Below, in pieces: positions 20,982 through 30,242 of a stretch of 64,000 nucleotides of DNA. Positions within the stretch are counted from its first letter, which is position 1. Each line of letters begins with the position of its first letter. Made by a program: the position numbers and the translations under genes. The notes beneath the pieces are model-generated. The model had not been told where the DNA came from. It made no database searches and saw only the letters and a list, made by a program, of their open reading frames with translations. This DNA is from Pseudomonadota bacterium (GTDB taxonomy: Bacteria; Pseudomonadota; Alphaproteobacteria; Rhodobacterales; Rhodobacteraceae). The stretch is from the NCBI GenBank assembly GCA_039026295.1, contig JBCCMP010000001.1, positions 260-64,259 on the forward strand, read 5' to 3'.

Positions 20982-21040
20982 GACGCCGGGGCTGCCCCCT
21001 CCCGGGTGGGAGAGGGCCTTGGGCACGGGGCACCGGTGCA

Positions 21041-21742
21041 TCACAGGGCCATGTCAAAGAGCAGGAATTCGGCGTCCTCGGTGGCCTCGATCCGGATGTC
21101 CGGCTCCCGGCTCAGGGCAACACCGTCTCCGGCGGCCGCCTCTTCGCCATTGATCGTGGCCCTGCCGCGGATCATCTGCACCCAGACGCCACGTTTCGGC
21201 CCAATCGTGTGGAACAGGCTTTCACCTGCCGCCAGGACCGAGCCAAAGAGATCCACATCCCGGTGGATCGTGACCGATCCGTCCCGCCCGTCCCGTGACC
21301 CCAGAAGGCGCAGCCTGCCGGCGCGCTCCGCGGTGGGGATGCTCACCTCCTCATAGCTTGGCTCCAGACCATCCGCTTCGGGAATGATCCAGATCTGCAG
21401 AAAGTGCACCGGGTCCGATTTGGACGCGTTGTATTCCGAGTGCTGAACGCCCGTTCCTGCGCTCATCCTTTGCACATCACCAGGGCGGATCACGGCGGCG
21501 TTGCCGACGGAATCCTTATGCTCCAGCGCTCCGTCCAGAACGATGGACAGGATTTCCATGTTCGCATGGCCATGGGTGCCGAACCCGGCACCGGGCGCGA
21601 CTTTGTCCTCGTTGATCACGCGGAGAGGGCCGAAGCCCATGTGATCTGGGTCCATGTACTGGCCGAACGAGAACGAATGGCGCGAATCCAGCCACCCAAA
21701 GTTGGCTTTGCCGCGCTCGTTAGACGGTCTGAGGGTCTGCAT
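21041..21742 (-). CDS. Pirin-family protein (YhhW-like)
   Basis: GWLDSRHSFSF, GFGTHGHANMEI, MSAGTGVQHSEYN, FLQIWI. Confidence 0.92.
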   Translation of the reverse strand: MQTLRPSNERGKANFGWLDSRHSFSFGQYMDPDHMGFGPLRVINEDKVAPGAGFGTHGHANMEILSIVLDGALEHKDSVGNAAVIRPGDVQRMSAGTGVQHSEYNASKSDPVHFLQIWIIPEADGLEPSYEEVSIPTAERAGRLRLLGSRDGRDGSVTIHRDVDLFGSVLAAGESLFHTIGPKRGVWVQMIRGRATINGEEAAAGDGVALSREPDIRIEATEDAEFLLFDMAL

Positions 21743-21852
21743 CGTAGCCTCCATTCCAGAAGAGTTGCTCTGTCCGGGAATGTGGCTACGCCGCCATACG
21801 AGACAATGATCTCTGATATTGACACAGTGTCTTGTATATCGAACAAATATGC

Positions 21853-22743
21853 ATGGACCGCTTCGCAGAACTCCGCGCCTTCCGCGATGTCATCGATGCG
21901 GGCGGCTTTTCGGCAGCGGGGCGGCAGACGGGGCAGTCCCGTGCCTCGGTGAACCGGTTGGTCATTGCCCTGGAAGAACGTCTGGGGGTTCAACTGTTGA
22001 ACCGCACGACGCGGTCCGTGTCACCAACCAGCAGCGGTCGGGCCCTTTATGAACGGGCGCGCCTGCTTCTCGATGATCTGGACGAAATGGAACGGGCCGC
22101 CAGTTCCGTTAGGACCGAGGCCGCGGGCAAACTCAGGATCAGCGTTCCCCTGTCCTTTGGCGATCTGAACTTTTCACGTCTCGTCACGGCCTTTATGGCT
22201 CGGCATCCGAAGGTCGAGATCGAGATGAACGCCGATGTCAGGTTCGTCGATCCCATCGCCGAAGGGTACGATCTGTTGCTGCGGATTTTCGAACCCGACG
22301 AGGAAACGATGATGGTGGATCATCGCGTTCTGGGTCTGGACTATGTGCTCTGCGCCGCACCGGCCTATCTGGCCAAACGGGGCAGCCCGGTCACCGCGCA
22401 GGATCTGGCCGGACACGCTGCGATTTATCAAAGCCAGTCCAGGAAATCGCCATCGTGGACACTGGACGGACCAGCGGGCCGGATCACCGTGCCGGTGAAG
22501 CCGGTATTCACGGCAAACACCCTGGACGATCTGCTGACCGCTGCCTGCGCCGGTCTGGGCATAGCGATTATGCCTGAATATGCGATCCGGTCCGATTTCA
22601 CCGCCGGTCGGCTTCAAGCGGTCCTTCCGGATCACAGGCCGCCGCCAAGGTTTCTGCAGGTGATCTATCCGCCCGCGCGCCACCTTTCCGCAAAGGTCCG
22701 CCTGTTCACGGATTTTGTCACTGAATGGTGTGCGAGCGGCTGA
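21853..22743 (+). CDS. LysR-family regulator (CrgA-like)
   Basis: GGFSAAGRQTG..LEERLGVQLLNRTTRSVSPT; C-terminal SAKVRLFTDF; divergent from pirin. Confidence 0.92.
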   Translation: MDRFAELRAFRDVIDAGGFSAAGRQTGQSRASVNRLVIALEERLGVQLLNRTTRSVSPTSSGRALYERARLLLDDLDEMERAASSVRTEAAGKLRISVPLSFGDLNFSRLVTAFMARHPKVEIEMNADVRFVDPIAEGYDLLLRIFEPDEETMMVDHRVLGLDYVLCAAPAYLAKRGSPVTAQDLAGHAAIYQSQSRKSPSWTLDGPAGRITVPVKPVFTANTLDDLLTAACAGLGIAIMPEYAIRSDFTAGRLQAVLPDHRPPPRFLQVIYPPARHLSAKVRLFTDFVTEWCASG

Positions 22744-23239
22744 CGATGTTGCAAGCCGGTCTTCACCGCACCGGGAAAAGCGCTCTTCATCTCGATGCGG
22801 CGGCTGATCGCCGTTTCGGCGGGGGTTCGGTGAGTCCGCGCAGGGGGCTGAAAGGCCGGAACCCGTGCCTCTCGTACCCTGTCGCAATGTGCTGAACCAG
22901 GTGACTTTCGCGGTTCAGCCCGCTTATCCGCCGCGTTGCCGCGATCGAGCTGTAACCCCCGTTCTGATGCCGGACTGGCCGGGCCGAGGGGAGCTTCATC
23001 TCGGAAGATCCATCATGCAGACACCAGACTTACCTGCCGGTCCTCCGGCGTTTTGCGGCGCTCCACTGCAAATTGGCGGGACCACCAAAATGCAGCTTCG
23101 GCGCGGGCCCGTCTTCCCCGCCAATGGGCGGATCCGGGACGAATGCCCGAACCCGCACCGGCCCCGCCGGTGGCGTCCATCGCGGATGGGCCCTCATCAA
23201 GGGGGCAAATCCGGAAGATCGTCTCGCGTCTTATGCAGC

Positions 23240-23308
23240 CGGTGCAGACAAATCGATGCAGATAAATCGGTGCAGGCAAACCGGTGCGGGCAAAGAGGTC
23301 AGGCAAAC
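23240..23308 (+). repeat. Degenerate 14-bp tandem repeat x4-5 at the 3' end of the RCC1/RTX gene
   Basis: CGGTGCAGACAAAT CGATGCAGATAAAT CGGTGCAGGCAAAC CGGTGCGGGCAAAG plus AGGTCAGGCAAAC, which overlaps the stop codon. Confidence 0.75.
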
Positions 23309-26300
23309 ATGAACGCGTCCTCGTCCAGATCGTGCAGATCCGTTCGACGCAGCGTCAGAACATCCGTTTCCGAAAAAGCAAACTCGACATCCCGGCCATT
23401 CTGGACGGCGAGCGCCGTGAGATCCGCGAACGTTTCAACGCCCTCGTAACGGATTTCGATCTTGTCGCCGGGAATGGTCCACCAGAGGAAGTGGTAGCCT
23501 TCTTCGAAGTCCTTGATGGTGTCCAGACCGCTGGAATAGACGAACGTGTCCCGTCCCCAGCCGCCCTTCAGCACATCGTCGCCAAGACCGCCATCCAGCC
23601 GGTCCCGGCCCCAGCCACCCTTCAGATTGTCATTGCCGGCCCCGCCATCCAGGTCGTCATTGCCGCCGCCGCCGCGCAGCTGGTCGTCACCGGCGTTGCC
23701 CAGCAGCTCGTCATGGCCGAACCCGCCGCGCACCACGTCATTGCCGCCGCCGCCGGAAATCAGATCGTCCCCGAAAAGGCCATGGATGTGGTCGTCATCG
23801 GCCCCGCCCCGCACGAAGTCATCGCGGAACGTGGTCTTCAGATCGCCCGAGGCGACGGGCACCTCGGCCACCGTGAAGTTGAAGGTGCTGGTGTCGCCCG
23901 CGTCGATCCCGGCATAGCTCTCGCCATCCAGTCCTTTGAACGCGCCCTCGTCGATTTCGACCGCATAACGCGCATCCGGGTCGAGATTGGAGGGCGGCGT
24001 CACGGTGACCGTTTGCCCGTCGATCTGAACCAGACGATGGTCGGCAGCGTCGATCTGCGTCACCTCGCCGGTGTCGCGGTTGACCAGCCGCAGCGCGCCG
24101 TCACCGGCCTTGACTTCTTCGGTGAAGGTCAGGACCAGCGCGGCATCGTTCGAGACGTCCCGATCATTATCGGCGGGCGTCGCCGACAGCAGCCAGGGTG
24201 CGATGTCGCCGCCGATCTCGACTTCGGCCGGGAAATAGACCGTCTCGCCGTTGCTGTCGAAGCCAAGGCGGCCGTCACCGTTGATGCCGAAGCTGAAGAT
24301 GCTGCCATCCGCTGCCCGGGCGATCAGGGCATTCGGCCCGGACTGGATTTCCACGATGTCAGGATCATCGAGGCCTGCGATTTTGACCGGGAAGAAGCTG
24401 AAGTCGCTTTCTGTCGCCGGGTCGCCGTCCAGTCCTCCGGTGGGTCCTTCATCGTTCGGCCCCCACAGATAGACATCGCCGTCCCCGGTCAGGGCCGCGC
24501 CCCAGCGGGCGCCGCCCTTGACGTCGATCACCCCGGGTGGCAGCGCCGTCAGTTCGATCGGGACAAGCACATCTGCGGTGTCGGGGTCGAATGTTCCGTC
24601 GCCCTGATCGGCCCCCTGCAGCAATTGGCCAAAGCGCGACTCGCCCCAGCCATAGACGCGGCCGTCCGAGGTCACGGCATACGAGGTGTTGGTATCCGCC
24701 GTGATCGCGACGATGTCGCCGGGCAGGCCCGCGGCGAGAACCGGAGAAAGCACGCGCGTCATCGTGGAGCCATCCGCCTCCAACCCGTCCGGCGAGCCCA
24801 ACTGTCCGTCGCGGTTCGAGCCGAAGCCGTAGACCTGGCCATCCGCCGTCAGGACCAGCGTGTAGGACGTCCCGCTGGAAAGCGCGACGACGGTCTCGTC
24901 CGAAAGCGCCTCGACCAGCGTGGGGACCAGCCGCTCGTCCCGGTCGCCCAGGCCCAGTTGTCCGTTGGTGTTGAAGCCCCACGCATAAAGCGCGCCGGTG
25001 TCCGAGATCGCATAAGAGACCCCGTTCCCGTTTTCGATCGCGACGATATTCACGTCGTCCAGCGCCGGGATCTTGACCGGCGCGGTCCGCACATCCTCGT
25101 CGCCCAATCCCAGCGAGCCGCGATTGTTGAAGCCCCAGGCAAAGACATCTCCGGCATCGGTCAGGAAGGTCGAATGAAGCTGTCCGGCAGAGACCGATAT
25201 GATCGTATCGCTGAAACCGTCAGGCAATGTCACGGCGCGGGGCTGCTCGATGTTGAAACCCTCGACCCCGTTTCCAAGCTGACCGAAGAAGTTCGCGCCA
25301 GAGGCGAACAGCGTGTTCTCGTCTGTGTCCAGGAACAACGAGAACTGGTTGCCGGAACTGATGAGGCTGGGTTCTGGCAGGGGAGCGCCTTCATAGAACG
25401 CGACGGCGCGTGGTCGGTCGATGGGATCGCCCAGATCCTCGGATGCCGCGACGATGGTCTCGTTTGCATCAATGTAGTCGCCGTCGCCGTTCAGGTCCTT
25501 CAGCAGCAGCACGCTGCTGTCCGAAGTCAGCGTGATCCGCCCATCCTCGTCCGCCGCGATAGAGAAGGAGACGAAGGTCTGCAGGGCCGCTGGCAGAACG
25601 CTGGCGTTCCAGATCTCCTGCGCCTCACCCGCGTCATCGATCGAACCTGAACCATCAAGATCGGTGAGTTTCCAGATCGCCGCCGGACCCGGGTTGGCGA
25701 TTCCGGTCTGCACAAAGACCGAACCGTCCACCGCGACGGCATTGCCGAAATCGACCGGTACACCGAAGGTGTTGGTGTCGGCGATGAAAATCGTGACTTC
25801 GTCCGCCGTGATTGCGCCGCTGCCGTCCAGATCCGCGATCCGCAGCACCACATTTGCTTCGCCGCCTGCCGTATCGCTGACATAGGCGACATCGCCGTCG
25901 AAGCTGATATCGAAGGCGGAGGACGTGGGAATGACCGCAGCGAGATCCAGCCAGATGCGGGATTCACCTGCGTCCTCGGCATCGCCGTCGCCGTTCAGGT
26001 CCTCGGTCCGGTAGATGGCATCCGTGGGCTCTGATCCCGTGCCCGCATTCACGATATAGATCGCGCCGTCGCCGCCTTCATGAACCCCGTTCGGTGTCGG
26101 CAGCGTGAAGCCTTCGGCGTTGGCATCGGAAAACCAAACAACGGCCTCGCCCGCATCCTGCGCGTCGCCATCACCGTTGCCATCGACCAACCGATATACG
26201 GCATCGCTGGTCCCGTCGCCGACATAGACCGCCTTGTCCGAAGCCTGATGGACGTTGAACACATTGTTGGTGGGGCTTGCCAGACCAGAGGCATTGGACC

Positions 26301-26436
26301 CGTCGAAGAAGACCGTCAGTTCACCGGCGTCCTGACTGTCACCGTCACCGTTCACATCCTGCAACAGCAGGACCTGATCCGTTCGCTGATCGCCCAGCAA
26401 GACACCTTGAATTGTTCGTGAAGTAATGCGCCCCAT
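23299..26436 (-). CDS. Secreted Ca-binding protein: DxNGDGD-rich N-terminal propeller-like region, RCC1 repeats, Ig-like (Big_5-type) domain, RTX C-terminus
   Basis: Repeated DLNGDGD/DLDGSG loops; RCC1 repeats (VFAWGFNNRGSLGLG, LYAWGFNTNGQLGLG); SATPADN..LTFTEEV Ig-like domain; GGxGND nonapeptides; no Sec signal, so type I secretion is likely. Confidence 0.85.
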   Translation of the reverse strand: MGRITSRTIQGVLLGDQRTDQVLLLQDVNGDGDSQDAGELTVFFDGSNASGLASPTNNVFNVHQASDKAVYVGDGTSDAVYRLVDGNGDGDAQDAGEAVVWFSDANAEGFTLPTPNGVHEGGDGAIYIVNAGTGSEPTDAIYRTEDLNGDGDAEDAGESRIWLDLAAVIPTSSAFDISFDGDVAYVSDTAGGEANVVLRIADLDGSGAITADEVTIFIADTNTFGVPVDFGNAVAVDGSVFVQTGIANPGPAAIWKLTDLDGSGSIDDAGEAQEIWNASVLPAALQTFVSFSIAADEDGRITLTSDSSVLLLKDLNGDGDYIDANETIVAASEDLGDPIDRPRAVAFYEGAPLPEPSLISSGNQFSLFLDTDENTLFASGANFFGQLGNGVEGFNIEQPRAVTLPDGFSDTIISVSAGQLHSTFLTDAGDVFAWGFNNRGSLGLGDEDVRTAPVKIPALDDVNIVAIENGNGVSYAISDTGALYAWGFNTNGQLGLGDRDERLVPTLVEALSDETVVALSSGTSYTLVLTADGQVYGFGSNRDGQLGSPDGLEADGSTMTRVLSPVLAAGLPGDIVAITADTNTSYAVTSDGRVYGWGESRFGQLLQGADQGDGTFDPDTADVLVPIELTALPPGVIDVKGGARWGAALTGDGDVYLWGPNDEGPTGGLDGDPATESDFSFFPVKIAGLDDPDIVEIQSGPNALIARAADGSIFSFGINGDGRLGFDSNGETVYFPAEVEIGGDIAPWLLSATPADNDRDVSNDAALVLTFTEEVKAGDGALRLVNRDTGEVTQIDAADHRLVQIDGQTVTVTPPSNLDPDARYAVEIDEGAFKGLDGESYAGIDAGDTSTFNFTVAEVPVASGDLKTTFRDDFVRGGADDDHIHGLFGDDLISGGGGNDVVRGGFGHDELLGNAGDDQLRGGGGNDDLDGGAGNDNLKGGWGRDRLDGGLGDDVLKGGWGRDTFVYSSGLDTIKDFEEGYHFLWWTIPGDKIEIRYEGVETFADLTALAVQNGRDVEFAFSETDVLTLRRTDLHDLDEDAFMFA

Positions 26437-26676
26437 GGCCCGCTCCCGTTCTGAGTGACGTTAGCTTGCGATGGCGCTTGCTATCTTTGATTGTGCGTTG
26501 GTGCCTGAGCTTGGCGGCTTTGTAAACTTTGATGGGGTGATTTTTGGCGAGAAGCCGGTATTCAATTTTGTCACGGTTTGCCCGCATCAGCGGCAGCCGG
26601 GCCGGACCGCAGAAGCGGTGCTTCAGCGTCAGGCAAAGCCGACGTCAATCGCGCAGGCTTCGGATGCAGACCTGCC

Positions 26677-27399
26677 TCAGCCCGGCGAGATGCCAAGACG
26701 AAGACTGCCCAGGACAACCATAAGGCCGATCGCGATCCCGGGGCCGAAAGGCGTCCGGGACTGCCCGGACCACGCCGCCGCGCCGGCGGCGGCCATGGAA
26801 ACGATCGTGACCAGAACAGCGGTCAGCGCGACAAACGGCAGATAGGCCCAGCCAACAATCAGGCCCGACACCGCAAAGAGCTTGACATCGCCCAGACCCA
26901 GACCCTCGCGGCCGCGCAGGACCGCGTACCCGCGCGAAAGTGTCCAGAATGCAGCGCCACCTGCGGCGAGGCCGATCATGGCGTCACGCGGTGCGGGTCC
27001 CCCGCCCGTGACCACCATTAAAATACCCAGAAGCCCCAGCGCTCCTACCAGTAGATCCGGCAGAACCTGAGCCCGCAAATCAGCGCGTGCGGCCGCCGCG
27101 GCGATCAGGCACATGCAGGTGAACATCGCCGCCATTGGAACGCCGCCCGCCCCGTAGCCGAGCAATGCCGCCGCAAACGAGAACGCCAGCCGCCATGGCA
27201 AGGCCGCCGGCTCGGGATAAGACGGTGCCTCGGGCGCTTCGGGTGCGTCGATCCCCTGGGTCTCAAGCCATTCCAGCGACGACGCCTGCCAGGCCGCATC
27301 TATGCGGCCGACAAGCCGCTTTGCCGCCCAGTGCGCAAGCGGATGACCGAGGAACACGGCCAGACCGGAGGCCGCGGCCAGAACCTCGGCCGGGATCAT
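26677..27399 (-). CDS. pilD: Prepilin peptidase (A24), without the Cys-rich N-terminal domain
   Basis: DLRAQVLPD and EGLGLGDVKL catalytic Asp motifs; TPFGPGIA; no CxxC pairs. Confidence 0.85.
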   Translation of the reverse strand: MIPAEVLAAASGLAVFLGHPLAHWAAKRLVGRIDAAWQASSLEWLETQGIDAPEAPEAPSYPEPAALPWRLAFSFAAALLGYGAGGVPMAAMFTCMCLIAAAAARADLRAQVLPDLLVGALGLLGILMVVTGGGPAPRDAMIGLAAGGAAFWTLSRGYAVLRGREGLGLGDVKLFAVSGLIVGWAYLPFVALTAVLVTIVSMAAAGAAAWSGQSRTPFGPGIAIGLMVVLGSLRLGISPG

Positions 27400-28616
27400 C
27401 GGATGGAGTTATAGGCGCCGATCACGGTCAGCATGAGGGACAGGTAGATGATGCCGACCACGAGCGCGACAAAGATTGTCATCGCCGGCACCAGCGTATT
27501 GATCAGAACCGATATGCGCGTCTCGACCTCGTCCGCATAGAACCTGCCGATCCTGTCCAGCACCTCGTCCAGGCCGCCGCTGAGCTCGCTGATCGATACC
27601 ATGTGAGTTACCAGCTTTGGCACGATCCCGGAGCCCAGCGAGGTCGAGATCCGTTGCCCGGTCAGGACGCTGTCCGCCGCTTCCAGATAACGGTGCCGAT
27701 AGGCATGGTTCTGCGTCACATCCGCCATGACCTTCAACGTATCGACCGGGCGCAGACCGGACTGGACCAGAAGCGTGCCAATCCCGCCTAGGCGCGACAT
27801 CTCTCCCAGGCGGATCGTCGGTCCGAACAGCGGCAATGACAGGATGATCCGATCCAGAACCCGCCGCCCTTTCGGCGTCGTGTAGGCGACAAGAAGTCCG
27901 AATGTCAGGGCCGCCAGGCCGCCGCTGATCCACAGGCCATAGTCCAGCATGAACTCGGTGATGTCGATCAGGATCTGCATCGTCCAGTGAATGTCACTGC
28001 CGTTGCGCGACAGGAATTCTGACAGGCGGGGCACCAGCCAAAGCTGGATACCCGTCAGCACCAGAAGCGCCACGATCAGGGTGATCAGCGGCAGGACCAT
28101 CGCGCGCACGACCGTGTTGCGCAATTCGGTCGTCCGCTCCAGCGACACGGCAATCTTGTTCAGAACCTGCGCCAGCGTCCCGCTCCGCTCGCCCGCCTGA
28201 ATGAGCGCGGGCACGAAAGCGGGGAAGAGCTTGCCCTCGGATTTCAGCGCTTCGCTGAAGGAAAGCCCGCGGTCGATCCCGTCGACCATCCGGTTGATCG
28301 ACCGCGCAAGGCCATCGCGTTCGACCAGACCGGCGCACGTGTCCAGCGCCTTGCGGACCCGGTGACCGGAATCGATCATCAGCGCCATCTGGCGGAACAG
28401 GAACTGTTTGTCGCGGGGTCTGGTCCACAGGAAACGGCTTGGCGATCTGAGCGCGAGCTGGCTGAAGTCACCGCCGGCTTTGCCCAGCTCCAGCGACAGA
28501 GGCATCAGTGAACGCTCGCGAAGCTGGCGTCTGGCATCGGTCAGATCGGCGGCATCCAGCGCGCCCTTCATCTCTTTGCCGTCGCCGTTCAGCGCAATGT
28601 AGGCAAACTGCGGCAT
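27396..28616 (-). CDS. pilC: PilC/GspF inner-membrane platform protein
   Basis: MPQFAYIAL..G..KGALDA, FRQMALMIDSG, IQAGERSGTL; two GspF domains. Confidence 0.92.
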   Translation of the reverse strand: MPQFAYIALNGDGKEMKGALDAADLTDARRQLRERSLMPLSLELGKAGGDFSQLALRSPSRFLWTRPRDKQFLFRQMALMIDSGHRVRKALDTCAGLVERDGLARSINRMVDGIDRGLSFSEALKSEGKLFPAFVPALIQAGERSGTLAQVLNKIAVSLERTTELRNTVVRAMVLPLITLIVALLVLTGIQLWLVPRLSEFLSRNGSDIHWTMQILIDITEFMLDYGLWISGGLAALTFGLLVAYTTPKGRRVLDRIILSLPLFGPTIRLGEMSRLGGIGTLLVQSGLRPVDTLKVMADVTQNHAYRHRYLEAADSVLTGQRISTSLGSGIVPKLVTHMVSISELSGGLDEVLDRIGRFYADEVETRISVLINTLVPAMTIFVALVVGIIYLSLMLTVIGAYNSIR

Positions 28617-30229
28617 CAGTGATCAAGCCCCAACCCGAAGCGACGCGCTTCCGTGAAATCGGTTACCCCTTCGGCCACCTTGCGCGCAAGGTCCGCCAGC
28701 AGGGAATGATACCGGGTCGCCTGCCGCAGCAGCTCGATCTCGCCCGCGCCGTTCGAGATCATCTCGCGCAGGTGGCTGTCCAGCCAGAGAGCTTCGAAAA
28801 CCCCGGTCCGCCCCCGGTATCCGGTCCCCATGCACGCCGGGCAGCCCTGCGGCCCGTAGACGATGTCCGCCTGTTGGCCGTTCACGTTCAACAGCGCAGC
28901 CTCGGCCTCGGTTGGCCGCTGCGGCGTCTTGCACCGATCGCAGAGGCACCGCACCAGCCGCTGGGCGATGATGCCCTCGACGCTGCTGGAAATCTGATAG
29001 TTTCCGACCCCAAGATCCAGCAGCCGGGTCACGGCACCAACGGCGTTGTTGGTGTGGAGGGTCGAGAACACGAGGTGCCCGGTCTGCGACGCTTTCAAAG
29101 CAATGTCAGCGGTTTCCGTGTCGCGGATTTCACCGATGAGAATGACGTCGGGATCCTGCCTGAGGATCGAGCGGAGTGCCCCGGCGAAGCCCACTTTGAC
29201 CGAGACCTGAACCTGGGCCGTGGACTGCACGATCTGTTCGATCGGGTCTTCGACCGTCATCACGTTCAGCGACTGGCGGTCCAACTCTCTCAGAGCCGCA
29301 TAAAGCGTCGTGGATTTGCCCGAGCCCGTCGGACCGGTGACCAGGATAACCCCGTGCGGCCGGTGTATCGCACCATCGACTTCTTCCAGAATCTGTTCCG
29401 GCAGGCCGAGCGCCTGAAGGTTCAGGTGCTCGCTCGCCATGCCCAGAAGGCGCATGGTGATCCGCTCGCCCCATTTCACCGGCAGGCAAGAGACCCGGAT
29501 TTCGACACGGCCCTTGAACAGCTCTCCCAGTTCATAGTCGAACGCCCCGTCCTGCGGGGCGCGGTTCTCGGCGATGTCCAGATCAGCCAGCACCTTGATG
29601 CGGTTCATCACGGCATCGCGTTCCGACAGCCTGAGATCGCGGCGCCAGTCCTGCAGACGGCCATCGACCCTCAGACGCACACGGCAGCGCCGTTCTCCCG
29701 GCTCCAGATGGATGTCCGATGCGTTGGCCAGCAGCGCGTCCGAAATGATCTCCTCGACCAGAGAGACGGCGCCTTCCGCCTCGATCTCGGCCCCGGATTC
29801 TCCCAGCGCACGGTCGATGGCACCTGCAAGGGCGTCCGGGTGCGCAAGGGCGGGGATCACATCGACCCCGAAGGAGCGGGCCGCCTGATCGATCGTTCCG
29901 GTGTCGTCGGGGTTGGACAGGGCCAGAATGACACGGCCTTCGGCATCGCGCAGCGGCAGGCACTGACGGCGCGCGGCAAACCCCGCAGGCAGGCGTTCAA
30001 GATCCTCCTCTGCGGGAGCCAGCGCGCGGGGCGACAGGAAAAGCAGCCCCCTCTGCTCTGCCGCAGCCTGCCACATCGCCGGTACCGGTATCCGTCCGAA
30101 GCGCGAGACAGCATCGACCAGATGCAGGCGCTGGCGCCGCGCTTCCCGCCGGATATCCTCGACCTGCTCGGCCGCAATCAGTCCGGTGGCGACGGCCGCG
30201 CCCACAAGATCCTGCTCGCTCAGTGCCAT
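28616..30229 (-). CDS. pilB: PilB/GspE assembly ATPase
   Basis: ASDIHLEP, GPTGSGKSTTLY, TVEDPIE, LRQDPDVILIGEIRD, STLHTN; tetracysteine motif LCDRC...GCPAC. Confidence 0.93.
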   Translation of the reverse strand: MALSEQDLVGAAVATGLIAAEQVEDIRREARRQRLHLVDAVSRFGRIPVPAMWQAAAEQRGLLFLSPRALAPAEEDLERLPAGFAARRQCLPLRDAEGRVILALSNPDDTGTIDQAARSFGVDVIPALAHPDALAGAIDRALGESGAEIEAEGAVSLVEEIISDALLANASDIHLEPGERRCRVRLRVDGRLQDWRRDLRLSERDAVMNRIKVLADLDIAENRAPQDGAFDYELGELFKGRVEIRVSCLPVKWGERITMRLLGMASEHLNLQALGLPEQILEEVDGAIHRPHGVILVTGPTGSGKSTTLYAALRELDRQSLNVMTVEDPIEQIVQSTAQVQVSVKVGFAGALRSILRQDPDVILIGEIRDTETADIALKASQTGHLVFSTLHTNNAVGAVTRLLDLGVGNYQISSSVEGIIAQRLVRCLCDRCKTPQRPTEAEAALLNVNGQQADIVYGPQGCPACMGTGYRGRTGVFEALWLDSHLREMISNGAGEIELLRQATRYHSLLADLARKVAEGVTDFTEARRFGLGLDH

Positions 30230-30242
30230 GCCTTCGATGCCC

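Noticed and set aside
23284-25650. 788-aa plus-strand ORF and other long antisense ORFs (1972-3279, 6587-7969, 17314-19020, 28508-30307, 34717-36186, 46820-48322)
   Set aside because: Shadow frames opposite well-supported genes in high-GC DNA; no recognisable motifs.
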